Below are positions 30,396 to 41,158 of a stretch of DNA of 64,000 nt, piece by piece (the first letter of the stretch is position 1; each line of letters opens with the position of its first letter). The notes below the pieces were generated by a model, which was given only the letters and a program-made list of their open reading frames with translations, had not been told where the DNA came from and did not search any database. This stretch comes from Sulfolobales archaeon (lineage in GTDB: Archaea > Thermoproteota > Thermoprotei_A > Sulfolobales > NBVN01), in the NCBI GenBank assembly GCA_026419835.1, contig JAOAKQ010000002.1:3440-67439 (forward strand), given 5' to 3'. The translations under genes and the position numbers were made by a program.

Positions 30396-31579
30396 TCTCT
30401 CACCCCGATGAAGCTGTAGTGCTTCTTCACTTCCCTCATCTTCTTACCTACTAGGCTGTACGCGTGCTTAGCTATAAACTCTATGTGGCTCTTCACCACG
30501 GCCCTACCACCTAGACCCGTTACGTAGTTAACGATAGGAATATCAAGACTCTTCTTAAAAGCGGATACAACTACGTCTGAGTACAGAGGCCCAACGAAGG
30601 ACGACCCGGCGTTCACAGCTCTATCGATTACGGCAACGGCTTTAGCGTTCTCTAAGTACTTAACTACCTCTACCTCTGGGAAAGGTCTGAACAACCTGAT
30701 ATTCAGTAGCCCTAGCTTCATGCCGGACCTCCTAGCTTCCTCAATAAAAACTAGGGCTGTACCCGTAGTGCTGCCCATTGAGACGATCACTACATCCGCG
30801 TCGTCTGTGTAGAAATCATCTACTTCCCTATACTCCCTCCCGAAGCGACGCTTGAACTCTCTGAGAGCTTCAGATATAGTTTCTCTAGAGTTTTCAATAG
30901 CGTCCTGTAGCTGAACTCTGAACTCAAAGTACCAGTCTGGTGATGCTAGAGAACCCATAGTTACCGGCCTATCTGGGTCGAGCGTAGGTCGACTAACTCT
31001 CTTCGGAGCGTACTCGAGAGCCTCCTCCTTCTCGATCACGTCAACTGGTTCCAGAGTGTGGGATACTACGAAACCATCGTATCCAATAGCAACCGGTATG
31101 CTTACTCTAGGGTCTTCAGCTATCCTGTAGGCTGCGATGATTAGGTCGTGAGCTTCTTGAGCGTTTAGAGCCATGAACATTATCCAGCCGGTGTCCGAGG
31201 CCGCCATGAAGTCGCTGTGGTCGCACCATATGTTTATTGGAGCTGATATAGCCCTGGTAGCTATACCCATAACTATCGGTAGTCTGGAGGAGGAAGCTAT
31301 GTGCATTATCTCGTACATTAGTAGAAGTCCCTGAGCTGACGTAGCTGTAAAGACTCTAGCGCCAGCGGCGGAGGCTCCGACCACCGCTGATAGTGCTGAG
31401 TGCTCCGACTCTACGTGCAGAAATTCGGCGTCTAGCTCCCCGTTAGCAACGAACTCAGCGAGCTTCTCTACGACGGCCGTCTGAGGAGTTATTGGGTAGG
31501 CGGCGACTACGTCTACGTCTACAGCTTTAACAGCGTAGGCAACTGCGTAGTTTCCTGAGAGAGGCATCACCTTACCCAC
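30392..31579 (-). CDS. porA: Pyruvate/2-oxoacid:ferredoxin oxidoreductase alpha subunit
   Basis: YPITPQT, VESEHSA, TATSAQG, RLFRPFP. Confidence 0.93.
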   Translation of the reverse strand: MGKVMPLSGNYAVAYAVKAVDVDVVAAYPITPQTAVVEKLAEFVANGELDAEFLHVESEHSALSAVVGASAAGARVFTATSAQGLLLMYEIMHIASSSRLPIVMGIATRAISAPINIWCDHSDFMAASDTGWIMFMALNAQEAHDLIIAAYRIAEDPRVSIPVAIGYDGFVVSHTLEPVDVIEKEEALEYAPKRVSRPTLDPDRPVTMGSLASPDWYFEFRVQLQDAIENSRETISEALREFKRRFGREYREVDDFYTDDADVVIVSMGSTTGTALVFIEEARRSGMKLGLLNIRLFRPFPEVEVVKYLENAKAVAVIDRAVNAGSSFVGPLYSDVVVSAFKKSLDIPIVNYVTGLGGRAVVKSHIEFIAKHAYSLVGKKMREVKKHYSFIGVRE

Positions 31580-31580
31580 A

Positions 31581-31898
31581 CTACCTCACCTCCTCCACCA
31601 TAGCTATAGCCTTAACTGGGCACTCCTCAGCACAGATACCGCAGCCCTTGCAGTAGTCGTAATCGATAGCGTACATTACCTTATATGCTTTACCGGACCT
31701 GGAGGTATACGGCTGGTCTAGCTCAACAATAGCCGGCTCCGGGCAGTAGGTCCAGCAAATCCTACACCTAACGCACTTATCCTGGTCTATAACGGGTTTC
31801 AGAACCCTCCAGCTAGCGGTTTTGTACCTAACTGAAGACCCGGGTTCGAGTATGACGGCACCTCTAGGTAGCTCCCTCCAGCCTGGTAGCGCAGACAT
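31581..31898 (-). CDS. porD: POR delta subunit (2x[4Fe-4S])
   Basis: CVRCRICWTYCP and DYDYCKGCGICAEECP. Confidence 0.93.
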   Translation of the reverse strand: MSALPGWRELPRGAVILEPGSSVRYKTASWRVLKPVIDQDKCVRCRICWTYCPEPAIVELDQPYTSRSGKAYKVMYAIDYDYCKGCGICAEECPVKAIAMVEEVR

Positions 31899-32447
31899 CT
31901 ACCCCACCTCCGTTAACTCGAAAGCTTTCCTCAGAACCAGCTCGTTGAGTGACGCTAGTCTAGCACCAAACCTAGACCTAACAGCATCGACCAAGTGCTC
32001 GAGGTCCACCAACCTAGAGGCGGCTGCGAGAGCTGCCGTCATCGCCGTATTCACAATCGGTAGCCTAAAGACGTCTAGAGCGATCTTAGTAGCGTTGATA
32101 GCTGCGTACATGTAGTCCCGGCCTAGGATTTCGGCTAGTTCGCTCGGCTTTCTGACGGTGTTAGCTACGACTAGCCCCCCCTTCTTCAACCCGTATAGTA
32201 CTTCACGACCTACCATACTCGAGTCTAAGACGACTACGATATCTGGGTTTAGAACCGGTGACCTATCGTATACGACCTTCTCAGCTATTCTATTGTAAGC
32301 GGTTACCGGGGCTCCTCTTCTCTCAGCACCGAACTCTGGGAAGGCTAGTGCGTAGTATCCTTTAAGTATAGAGGCGTGTGCTACTAGTTCAGCAGCCGTT
32401 ACAGCTCCCTGCCCCCCTCTTCCATGCCACCTAACCTCCACCAACAC
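31899..32447 (-). CDS. porG: POR gamma subunit
   Basis: WHGRGGQGAVT, FGAERRGAPV. Confidence 0.93.
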   Translation of the reverse strand: MLVEVRWHGRGGQGAVTAAELVAHASILKGYYALAFPEFGAERRGAPVTAYNRIAEKVVYDRSPVLNPDIVVVLDSSMVGREVLYGLKKGGLVVANTVRKPSELAEILGRDYMYAAINATKIALDVFRLPIVNTAMTAALAAASRLVDLEHLVDAVRSRFGARLASLNELVLRKAFELTEVG

Positions 32448-32690
32448 CGCACGATCTCCAAGACATCTACTGCGATAGCTAAAATACTCGAAACCTGAAC
32501 GTACTCCCAGGAACTGTGCTGAGGTAGTGCTTCGCCTACTTCAAGCACTATATACTTACGTACTGAAGGCCATACTACGCAGGTGAGTGGCTGCGTAGTT
32601 GCGGGGACTATATTTCGTGGAGAGCTCTGGGTGTAGAAGAATGCTTACCTAGGTAGCTCATCCAGGGTAGCGCTACCGGAGGGTCTTCGG

Positions 32691-33278
32691 CTATCTAGAG
32701 CTTAGAGCTATTCTCTCTATTTCCTCCTTCCTAGAGATCGAGTAGCTTCTGGAGTCGTTGTTAGCCGCTAGAATTATCTCGTCTGCGAGGCACTCAGCTA
32801 TGTGCTTAGTAGATTTAAAGGAGGCTATTCTAGCACCCTCCGTTAGGAACCTCAGTGCTAGGTCTACTCTCCTTAGGGGAGACACGTCTACAGCAACGTG
32901 GTATATTATGCCTCCGTACATTATTCTCGTAGTTTCCTCCCTGGGCGCGCTGTTCTCTATAGCTCTTACGAGAACCTGCAGAGGGTTCTGACCGGTCTTC
33001 TCATTTATTATATCGAAAGCTACCTTAACGATGTTGTACGCTAGGTGCTTCTTACCGGTACTTCTACCGGGCCTCATGAGCTTATTCATCAGCCTCTCGA
33101 CTACCGGGACCTCCGACTTAGCGAATCTTCGGTGCTCGTGTCTTCCACCGGTGTGCGGTACGTAGTGCGGCTTTAGACATATGTACTTCTTTAAGCTCGG
33201 GTCTCTCGTCTGGACGTTCACGTAGTCCCACTTACCGAATAGTTTTATCTCCGAGGGAGTGATCGCCGTACCGCTCAT
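32691..33278 (-). CDS. rps7: 30S ribosomal protein S7
   Basis: [34 protein letters not shown]. Confidence 0.97.
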   Translation of the reverse strand: MSGTAITPSEIKLFGKWDYVNVQTRDPSLKKYICLKPHYVPHTGGRHEHRRFAKSEVPVVERLMNKLMRPGRSTGKKHLAYNIVKVAFDIINEKTGQNPLQVLVRAIENSAPREETTRIMYGGIIYHVAVDVSPLRRVDLALRFLTEGARIASFKSTKHIAECLADEIILAANNDSRSYSISRKEEIERIALSSR

Positions 33279-33318
33279 ATAGACGCCTCAACCTCTAGTG
33301 CCCCGGAGCTTTTAAAAT

Positions 33319-33876
33319 TCACAACCTCACACCAATAGCTTTAGCGCAGGAAGAGATCGTTCGAGAGAGTTCGTCCGGTACGGACATGACCTTGCTCAGA
33401 GTTAAACTGTAGATCGCTGCGCTACTCGCTATTTCACCAGGGTTTGCGTAGCGGAGGATTTGAGTACTCTTTCCTAGAGATACCGCAATGGAGTCCCCCG
33501 CTACCTCGATGGATAAACCTCCGTAGGATATCTTAACTGAGTCATCGCTCGCTGAGTAGGAGACAATTCTGAGAGGTTTGAACTTAATGAATGTAGAGCT
33601 ACTCCGAGTTTTAATAAGAATGCTCTCACCGCAGACCTTCCTGTAGCCTAGCTCCAGACCTACGGAAGCTTCTAGAGCGGATAGACTTCTCACGGTAGCC
33701 GCTACCTTGTTCAGCAACTCGTAGAGAGCGTCGAATGCGGCAGTTCTAGATTTCGGAAGCTCTCTCATAGACCTACTTCTCAAATCATCGAACTGCGCTA
33801 TGCGCCCCTCCAGTACGCTCAGGGCGTTTCTAAAGCTCACGCGCTTCACCTCGCACCTAGAACCAGATGCTGGCAA
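33319..33876 (-). CDS. Hypothetical protein (start may be GTG 33849)
   Basis: Long ORF between rps7 and pyrG; no recognisable motif. Confidence 0.6.
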   Translation of the reverse strand: MPASGSRCEVKRVSFRNALSVLEGRIAQFDDLRSRSMRELPKSRTAAFDALYELLNKVAATVRSLSALEASVGLELGYRKVCGESILIKTRSSSTFIKFKPLRIVSYSASDDSVKISYGGLSIEVAGDSIAVSLGKSTQILRYANPGEIASSAAIYSLTLSKVMSVPDELSRTISSCAKAIGVRL

Positions 33877-33917
33877 GTGTTTTTAAGTGTACGTACTCCA
33901 GATAGTAGTGCGGGCTA

Positions 33918-35510
33918 GTGGCTAAGTACGTATTCGTAACCGGGGGCGTTCTATCCGGTCTCGGAAAGGGAATTATCACAGCATCGATAGGGCTACTACT
34001 GAAGAGCATGGGCTACTCGGTAACCGCCATTAAGATAGACCCCTACGTTAACGTAGACGCGGGGACCATGAATCCGTACATGCACGGCGAGGTTTTCGTT
34101 ACGGACGACGGGGGTGAAACGGACCTAGACCTAGGGCACTACGAGAGATTTCTAGATGTGAACTTGAGTAGGGACCACAACATAACCACCGGTAAGGTGT
34201 ACATGGAGGTAATAACCAGGGAGAGGAGAGGCGACTACCTAGGTCAGACCGTGCAGATAATTCCCCACGTAACGGACGAGATTAAGCAGAAGATTAGGGA
34301 TGTAGCTAGGAAGACCTCGGCCGACGTAGTTCTCGTCGAGGTAGGGGGTACTGTCGGGGATATTGAGGGTCTTCCTTTTCTAGAAGCGGCTAGGCAGATG
34401 AGGCTGGAGGAGGGGTCTGCGAACGCACTATTCGTTCACGTAGTTCTAGTACCTAAGTTATCGACTACCGGGGAGTTTAAGACTAAGCCAGCTCAGCACA
34501 GCTTCCAGGAGCTTAGGAGGATAGGTATACAGCCGGATGTAATAGTAGCTAGGTCTGAGAGTCCTCTAGCTCCGAGTGTTGTAGGTAAGCTAGCTCTCTT
34601 CGGTAACGTCGGCATGGACGAGGTTGTGAACAGCTACGACGTCGACCCCGTCTACGATGTTCCGATAGTACTTAGAGAGCAGGGACTCGATAGAATTCTC
34701 GCGCGCAAGCTATTTCTCGAGTACAGAACTCCAGACTTAGGTAAGTGGATCGAGTTCGTTGAGAAGTACGGGAGTGCTTCTAAGACAGTGAACGTCGCAA
34801 TGGTCGGTAAGTACACAGCACTTCACGATAGCTACCTATCCATAGTAGAGGCGTTGAAGCACGCCGGAGCTCACCTGGGGGTTAGACCGAGACTGGTGTG
34901 GGTTGAGTCTACGGACGTAGAGAGGGGTAGGGTGGACGTCGAGAGCGTTGTGGGGAGTGTCGATGGAGCGGTAGTACTTCCGGGCTTCGGGTCTAGGGGT
35001 GTTGAAGGTAAGATAGCGGTAATTAGAGCGCTTAGAGAAGCGGAGAAGCCCGTGCTGGGCATATGCTACGGCCTGCAGCTCATGGTTGTTGAGTTCGCTA
35101 GGAACGTCCTAGGTCTTGAGAAAGCTAACACTACCGAGGTAGACCCGAGCACACCGCACCCCGTGGTTGACCTGCTGGAGATCCAGAAGTCCGTGGTGGT
35201 TAAGGGTGGGTCTATGAGGCTGGGGGCTCTCCCCATTAAGATAGCTGCCGGAACTCTAGCGTACAGAATCTACGGTGCGGACCTCGTCTACGAGCGCCAT
35301 AGGCATAGGTACCACATAAATCCGCACTACCTAGATAAGTTCGAATCATCGGGCTACGTAGTTAGTGGTGAGAGCCCAGAGGGCTACCCGGAGATCATGG
35401 AGCTCTCGAACCACAGATTCTACTTCGGAACTCAAGCGCACCCGGAGTTTAAGAGCAGGCCCCTCCGCCCATCACCAGTGTTCGTCGAGTTCGTGAAGTC
35501 CTTAATCTAG
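33918..35510 (+). CDS. pyrG: CTP synthase
   Basis: [34 protein letters not shown]. Confidence 0.97.
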   Translation: MAKYVFVTGGVLSGLGKGIITASIGLLLKSMGYSVTAIKIDPYVNVDAGTMNPYMHGEVFVTDDGGETDLDLGHYERFLDVNLSRDHNITTGKVYMEVITRERRGDYLGQTVQIIPHVTDEIKQKIRDVARKTSADVVLVEVGGTVGDIEGLPFLEAARQMRLEEGSANALFVHVVLVPKLSTTGEFKTKPAQHSFQELRRIGIQPDVIVARSESPLAPSVVGKLALFGNVGMDEVVNSYDVDPVYDVPIVLREQGLDRILARKLFLEYRTPDLGKWIEFVEKYGSASKTVNVAMVGKYTALHDSYLSIVEALKHAGAHLGVRPRLVWVESTDVERGRVDVESVVGSVDGAVVLPGFGSRGVEGKIAVIRALREAEKPVLGICYGLQLMVVEFARNVLGLEKANTTEVDPSTPHPVVDLLEIQKSVVVKGGSMRLGALPIKIAAGTLAYRIYGADLVYERHRHRYHINPHYLDKFESSGYVVSGESPEGYPEIMELSNHRFYFGTQAHPEFKSRPLRPSPVFVEFVKSLI

Positions 35511-35522
35511 GTCGGGGCTCGG

Positions 35523-36380
35523 GTGCTTTCCTTGGTTGAGTGGTTCGTGGATTCGCACGCTCACGCATCACCACTAGGTCTAGGGTATGAGGAGGTCGTT
35601 AGGAGATTTAAGCAAGCTGGTGGAAAGCTCATAGTGCTAGTTCAGCTTACCCCGGGTAGCTACGGATTTGAAAGCAATCTCGAGGGAGTAGTTAGGTCTC
35701 TCGAAGTTCACGTAGGTCTCTGCGGTAGAGTTAGGAGCGAGTACGGCAGTGTACTCTGCTTCGGGGGTCTGCATCCTGCGGTAGCTGATAGACTCGCTAG
35801 AAGCTCCAAGAGCGTGGACTGGGTGCTCGCTGAAATAGAGAGGAACTACATGAGGAAGCTCAGGGACATACTCATCGGCGGACTCCTGGATGGTTTGGGG
35901 GAGTTCGGTAGACCGCACTACCCCGCGCCACCGGAGTCTTGGGCTCTCAACGAGCTCCTCCTAGTTAAGAGCTTAGAGCTAGCTAGAGACCTAGATAAAC
36001 CTGTTCACGTACATAGCGAAAACTCCGGGTTGGTAACTCTCGAGAGTCTGAAGTTCTTCGTAGACAAGGTCGGCGTACCACGCAGAAGGGTCCTCGTACA
36101 CCACGTACCTCCATCCCAAGTACCTATCTACTCTAGAGAAGGTTTCTACGTAAGCGTAGTTGGGAAGCTGGAGGTCGCTAGATCTGTAGGCTCCGAGTGC
36201 TCCAACGTACTAGTAGAGAGTGACTACCTGGACGACCCTAGAAGACCCGGGGCCGTTGCGTATCCTTGGGAAATCAGGCGCGAGGTTCTTAAGGCCGTAG
36301 AGGAGGGCTCTATTTCTGAACATTGCGGTTCGAGAATACTCGCACTGAATCCGGCCGAGTTCTACGGCACTACCGGCTAG
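35523..36380 (+). CDS. TatD-related metal-dependent hydrolase
   Basis: DSHAH, GEFGRPHY, HVHSE, HH, ESDYLDDP.RPG. Confidence 0.85.
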   Translation: MLSLVEWFVDSHAHASPLGLGYEEVVRRFKQAGGKLIVLVQLTPGSYGFESNLEGVVRSLEVHVGLCGRVRSEYGSVLCFGGLHPAVADRLARSSKSVDWVLAEIERNYMRKLRDILIGGLLDGLGEFGRPHYPAPPESWALNELLLVKSLELARDLDKPVHVHSENSGLVTLESLKFFVDKVGVPRRRVLVHHVPPSQVPIYSREGFYVSVVGKLEVARSVGSECSNVLVESDYLDDPRRPGAVAYPWEIRREVLKAVEEGSISEHCGSRILALNPAEFYGTTG

Positions 36381-36414
36381 TGCTTATATATCCATAGCTA
36401 CCTCAGCTAGGGGA

Positions 36415-36630
36415 TTGAAGATAGGGGTAGTCTCCGAGAGAACGCCAGCGGTAGTAGACTCGTGCCACCCTCCGATATGTAGTAGCTGCGGTAGGTTGGT
36501 AGAGCCCTACGCTAGAGCCGTTAGATTCAACTGCCCGAACTGCGGTAAGTCCACTATATGGCGCTGCGAGAAGTGCAGAAAGCTAGCTCTCCACTACAAG
36601 TGCCCGTCCTGCGGGTTCGAAGGACCGTAG
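36415..36630 (+). CDS. Small zinc-ribbon protein (HVO_2753/DUF1610 family)
   Basis: CSSC...F.CPNCG...IWRC.KCR...YKCP.CGFEGP, upstream of EF-1beta. Confidence 0.9.
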   Translation: MKIGVVSERTPAVVDSCHPPICSSCGRLVEPYARAVRFNCPNCGKSTIWRCEKCRKLALHYKCPSCGFEGP

Positions 36631-36639
36631 GTGGTTGCC

Positions 36640-36918
36640 GTGGGTAGGGTGGTAGTAGCCGTTAGAGTTAACCCTCTGAGCGATGAGGTAGACCTGGAGG
36701 AGCTCACCACTAGAATAAGACGTTCTCTACCACCTCAGTACGAGTTCCTGAAGTCCGAGAAGTTCTACATAGCATTCGGACTCTACGGTTTGAGAGTGTA
36801 CGTAGCAATGCCTGAGGAATACGAGGGCGGGACCTACGAACTGGAGAATGTCTTGAGTGGAGTTGAGGGAGTTGCTTCAGTAGACATAGAGTACGTTACG
36901 AGACTATTCACCGAGTAG
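36640..36918 (+). CDS. ef1b: Elongation factor 1-beta
   Basis: IAFGLYGL, EGGT..LE; GGTGG RBS before GTG 36640. Confidence 0.9.
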   Translation: MGRVVVAVRVNPLSDEVDLEELTTRIRRSLPPQYEFLKSEKFYIAFGLYGLRVYVAMPEEYEGGTYELENVLSGVEGVASVDIEYVTRLFTE

Positions 36919-37037
36919 TGTAGTTTTGCGCGATGCGTTAAGTAGCACTAGCGTGAACCCCGCCTTTCTTAAGGTAGTGATGCAACTCTATAGGTGGTTG
37001 TTTTATATGCCTCAACTTATTGAATTAGGGAAGGAGT

Positions 37038-39464
37038 GTGGGTAGAGTTGGAGTAATTAGGTGGAGACCTGAGGAAGAACTGAAGCTTCTAGACCTGTGG
37101 GAGAAGGAGGGGCTCTACGGAGAGGAGGTGGACCTAGCTCAAGACGAGAACTACGTTGTTATAGATACCCCGCCACCCTACCCATCGGGACCTTGGGGGG
37201 TTGCTCAAGCTGCGCACTACGCTCAGATAGATATGGTCGCTAGAGCTCTGAGACTACTGGGCTACAAGGTTCTAGTGCCTTTCTATGCAGATAGAAACGG
37301 CCTACCGACGGAGGTAGCGGCTGAGAAAACCTATGGGGTGGTAGCTCACGAACTCGTTAAGACCGCCGAAGGTAGGGAGAGGTTCCTGAAGATGGTTTCG
37401 GATCTTCTAGATAAGAATGAGGCGGCCCTGGTATCTATATGGAGAAGACTCGGGTGCCTATTCCACTACTGGCGCGACGGTACTGACTCCCCTAGGTATA
37501 GAGCTGTAACTCAAGCAACTTTCATAGAGCTCTGGAGGAGGGGGCTGATATACAGAGATACGAAGCCGGTTCAGTGGTGTCCTAGGTGTAGAACTTCCCT
37601 CGCAGAAGCGGAGATCGATTCCGTAGAAGAGAGGGGGGAGATGTACTACATAAAGTTCGGAGTTCTCGAAACCGGCGAGAGCATCGTTATAGCTACTACG
37701 AGACCGGAGCTTCTAGCGGCGTGCGGTGCCGTTATCTACAACCCTAGAGACGGTCGGTACACACACCTCGGTGGAAAGCACGCGGTAGTACCGCTGTACG
37801 GGCACTCAGTACCTATAGTACCTCACGAAATGGCTAGAGTTGAGTACGGTACTGGCTTAGCTATGATGTGCTCGTACGGAGATGTAAGGGACTTGATGTT
37901 CTTCAGGGAAACCGGAATCAAGCCTAGAGTAGTCGTAGAGAAGGACGGCACCATGGGCCCCGGCGCTGGGCCGGTGGCCGGTCTGAAGATTGCTGAGGCT
38001 AGGAGGAGGATCGCTGAGCTACTCGAGGAGAGAGGTCTCCTAGCGAAGAGAGAGGAGATCGTTCACGAAGTCCCGGCGTGCTGGAGGTGCAAGACCCCCG
38101 TTGAGATCGTGCACGTGGAGGAGTTCTTCCTAAACCAGCTCGACTTCAAGGACAAGGTGCTGGAGGTATCTGACCTAATGGAGTTCTACCCGGAGGAGCA
38201 TAAGGAGAGGCTTGTTCAGTGGGTTAGATCCCTGTCCATGGACTGGCCTATTTCTAGAACTAGGTACTACGGAACTGAGGTCCCTATGTGGACTTGCTCT
38301 AAGTGCGGCTACGTAGTACTCCCAGAGCCCGGGAGCTACGTAAGACCTTGGAAAGACCCGCCGCCGGTGGAGAAGTGCCCGGCTTGCGGAGCTCCCAGGG
38401 GGAGCATCGTCGGCGAGAGCAGGGTTCTCGATACCTGGTTCGACTCCTCGATAACCGTTCTCTACGTAACTAACTGGCTTAAAGACCCCGAGGCGGCTTC
38501 TAGAGCTCTATCCAGAGCTCTAAGACCCCAGGGCTACGACATAATTAGGACGTGGCTCTACTACACGATTCTGAGAGTCTGGATGCTCACTGGTAGACCC
38601 CCGTTCAGGTGGGTTAGGATAACCGGCATGGGCTTAGACGAGAAGGGTAGAGCTATGCACAAGTCTCTGGGGAACGTAATATACCCGGAGCCCTTCCTGG
38701 AGAGGTACGGAGCCGACGCCTTCAGATTCTGGTCTGCCGTCGCTAGTAAGCTGGGTAGTGACTACAGGTGGTCTGAAGCTACTGTTAGGTCCGGCCTCCT
38801 CTTCTCCACCAAGATACTCAACATAGCTAGGTTCGTGACGTCCTTCGAAGAGCCCACTCAGCGGGTGGATCTGAGGGCTTTAGATAGAGCTATGATAGCC
38901 TACGCGGTCAAGGTGGCTAGGGAGGTCTTGGATAGCTACCGGAAGCAGGACGTCTACGAGCCGACCCTCAAGCTCTACCACCTAATATGGGATGTCTTCG
39001 CCTCCAACTACATCGAGATGGTGAAGCCCAGAGTGTACAGGAAGTTTGCCTATAGCGATAGCGAGGTCGGTGGAGCTATCTTCACTCTCCACAGAGTTCT
39101 GAGGCTATCGCTCAAGCTGCTATCTCCAGTAATGCCGTTTACCACTGACTACGTGTGGAGAGCTCTCGAAAACCGCTCGATAGCTAGGGAGAGAGTGAGT
39201 GAGGGGGATCTCGAAGACTTCGGAGGTAGTGCCGAGCTCATGGAGAGAGTCACCGAGGTTAACTCAGCCGTTTGGAAGTGGAAGAAGGAGAGGGGTATGA
39301 GGTTAAGCGAGAGAGTTAATGGAGTACTATACGTTCCGGAGGAGCTTCGGAGCGTACTGGAGGACTTGAAGAACTTCCACGGATTTAGAGATGTCTCAGT
39401 AGGTAAGCCGGAGAGCTGGGACTTCGACCTAGGTGGAGGTGTTTACGTAAAGCTAGGTTGGTGA
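37038..39464 (+). CDS. valS: Valine--tRNA ligase (crenarchaeal type)
   Basis: DTPPPYPSG, ATTRPE, DWPISR, DTWFDS, QGYDIIRTW, AMHKS. Confidence 0.92.
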   Translation: MGRVGVIRWRPEEELKLLDLWEKEGLYGEEVDLAQDENYVVIDTPPPYPSGPWGVAQAAHYAQIDMVARALRLLGYKVLVPFYADRNGLPTEVAAEKTYGVVAHELVKTAEGRERFLKMVSDLLDKNEAALVSIWRRLGCLFHYWRDGTDSPRYRAVTQATFIELWRRGLIYRDTKPVQWCPRCRTSLAEAEIDSVEERGEMYYIKFGVLETGESIVIATTRPELLAACGAVIYNPRDGRYTHLGGKHAVVPLYGHSVPIVPHEMARVEYGTGLAMMCSYGDVRDLMFFRETGIKPRVVVEKDGTMGPGAGPVAGLKIAEARRRIAELLEERGLLAKREEIVHEVPACWRCKTPVEIVHVEEFFLNQLDFKDKVLEVSDLMEFYPEEHKERLVQWVRSLSMDWPISRTRYYGTEVPMWTCSKCGYVVLPEPGSYVRPWKDPPPVEKCPACGAPRGSIVGESRVLDTWFDSSITVLYVTNWLKDPEAASRALSRALRPQGYDIIRTWLYYTILRVWMLTGRPPFRWVRITGMGLDEKGRAMHKSLGNVIYPEPFLERYGADAFRFWSAVASKLGSDYRWSEATVRSGLLFSTKILNIARFVTSFEEPTQRVDLRALDRAMIAYAVKVAREVLDSYRKQDVYEPTLKLYHLIWDVFASNYIEMVKPRVYRKFAYSDSEVGGAIFTLHRVLRLSLKLLSPVMPFTTDYVWRALENRSIARERVSEGDLEDFGGSAELMERVTEVNSAVWKWKKERGMRLSERVNGVLYVPEELRSVLEDLKNFHGFRDVSVGKPESWDFDLGGGVYVKLGW

Positions 39465-39465
39465 G

Positions 39466-40638
39466 TTGAAGAAGAGTTTTAGAGAAGTCGACCTACTAGC
39501 CCAGGTTCTATACGAGGTTGTAGAGAGGAGGAGGTCTCTAGACGCAACCTTCAAGAATGTCTGTAGAAGAATGCGAGTAGGTTCTCTAGAAGAACGCGAG
39601 GAGCTCTACGCAAAGTGCAGAAAGCTGGTCTCAGACTACGTGAAGCTTAGGTGCGTAGCTGGGAGGGGGAGACTCAGCTACAGGCGATTAGCGAGAATGT
39701 GGCTAGCGGGTGTCGGCGAGCTACCTGCGGAACCCTACTGCAGGCTCTCTGTGAGTAGGTGGCTCTACGATAGGCTGGTGAACTTGCTGAGTGCTGGTGA
39801 AGTCGAGGAGCTCCTCAGGTCCTTCGAGGAGAGACTTCTCTGGTTGAGGTTGAACTGGCTTAGAGCTCCTGAGGAGAGAGTACTTAGAGAACTGGAGACC
39901 GAGGGATTGGAGTTCGAGGTCCACCCGAAGATTCCGTACATGGTCAGAGTCCTTAGGTCTCCGAAGCCCTTGAGATTCCTGAGGTCCGTGAAGGAGTTCA
40001 GGGTCATCCCCCAGGACCTAGCTTCAGCCGTCTGCGTGGAGTTCATGGATCTAGGTCCCGGCGATGTTGTCGTGGATATGTGCGCCGCTCCGGGGCTCAA
40101 GACCTCCCTCATAGCTATGCTTGAAGATAGTGCGAAGGTGATGGCTTTCGATGTATCTGCGGAGAGAGTTAGGAGAATGAAGTACCTGCTGAGGAAGGCG
40201 GGGGTTCAGGATCACAGAGTCCAGCTAATTGTTGCCGACTCCAGGTGGGTCAACCTATTTCACCGAGTAGATAGGGTTCTCCTAGACGCACCCTGCAGTA
40301 ACTCGGGGTCTATAGGTAAGAACCCGGCTATAAAGGCTACCCTGGAAGCTGGTGATGTAGCTAGCTACAGCAAGCAGCAGCTAGAGCTCCTGCTGAAGTC
40401 TGTTGAGCTATCTGAGAGCATTGTTTACTCGACATGCTCACTACTTCCTGAGGAAGGTGAGGAGGTAGTGGAGAGAGCGCTAGGAGTAGCTTCACTAGGG
40501 GTGAGCATCCCACCTAGATTCAGGGGGTTCTGCCGCTCGGGATACCCTCAGTACGGCGTTAGCGGTAGTGTGTGCAGGCTCTTTCCACATACCCATAGCT
40601 CGGAGGGCTTCTTCATAGCTAAGCTCGAGGTGAAGTAG
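39466..40638 (+). CDS. RsmB/NOP2 family RNA m5C methyltransferase
   Basis: QDLAS, DMCAAPGLKT, DAPCS, VYSTCS. Confidence 0.9.
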   Translation: MKKSFREVDLLAQVLYEVVERRRSLDATFKNVCRRMRVGSLEEREELYAKCRKLVSDYVKLRCVAGRGRLSYRRLARMWLAGVGELPAEPYCRLSVSRWLYDRLVNLLSAGEVEELLRSFEERLLWLRLNWLRAPEERVLRELETEGLEFEVHPKIPYMVRVLRSPKPLRFLRSVKEFRVIPQDLASAVCVEFMDLGPGDVVVDMCAAPGLKTSLIAMLEDSAKVMAFDVSAERVRRMKYLLRKAGVQDHRVQLIVADSRWVNLFHRVDRVLLDAPCSNSGSIGKNPAIKATLEAGDVASYSKQQLELLLKSVELSESIVYSTCSLLPEEGEEVVERALGVASLGVSIPPRFRGFCRSGYPQYGVSGSVCRLFPHTHSSEGFFIAKLEVK

Positions 40639-40747
40639 TTAGAAGATGACGCGTAATACGGTAGATGCGGGGTCTTTGAACTAGCTGAGCGCGTGTTTTC
40701 GCTAGTAAGGGATTTTATATCTGTAGATACGTAGTCTTGGTGATCAG

Positions 40748-41158
40748 TTGAGTCAGGAGAAGCCGGTTAGAAAGAAGATCCTGATAGCTAAGCTCGGACT
40801 AGATGGGCACGATAGGGGTGCTAAGGTAATAACTATGGCTCTTCGAGATGCCGGTTTTAGAGTTGTTTACCTAGGCGTTCACCAATCCCCCGAGAGCTTG
40901 GTGAGGGTAGCCCTCGAGGAGGATGTTGAAGCTATAGGTGTCTCAATTCTCTCAGGTAGTCACGAAGAGCTGGTATCGGACCTCATAAAGCTAGCTAGAG
41001 AAAGGGGTGTGAACGTTCCCATAGTCGTCGGAGGTATCATCCCCCCGGAGGACGTGCTGAAGCTGAAGGAACTTGGTGTTTTCGAGGTGCTACCCCCGGG
41101 AACTCCTCTAGCTAAGGTGGTCGAGGTATTCAGCAGGGCTATAGGTGAGAGAAGGTGA
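40748..41158 (+). CDS. Methylmalonyl-CoA mutase, cobalamin-binding small subunit
   Basis: KLGLDGHDRGAK (DxHxxG), SILSGSH, GGIIP. Confidence 0.93.
   Translation: MSQEKPVRKKILIAKLGLDGHDRGAKVITMALRDAGFRVVYLGVHQSPESLVRVALEEDVEAIGVSILSGSHEELVSDLIKLARERGVNVPIVVGGIIPPEDVLKLKELGVFEVLPPGTPLAKVVEVFSRAIGERR

Noticed and set aside
32691-33278. rps7 outside the S12-S7-EF operon
   Set aside because: Operon fragmentation is common in crenarchaea.
40640-40690. Possible C/D sRNA (AAGATGA...CTGA) after the RsmB gene
   Set aside because: Imperfect C box and no credible internal D'/C' boxes.
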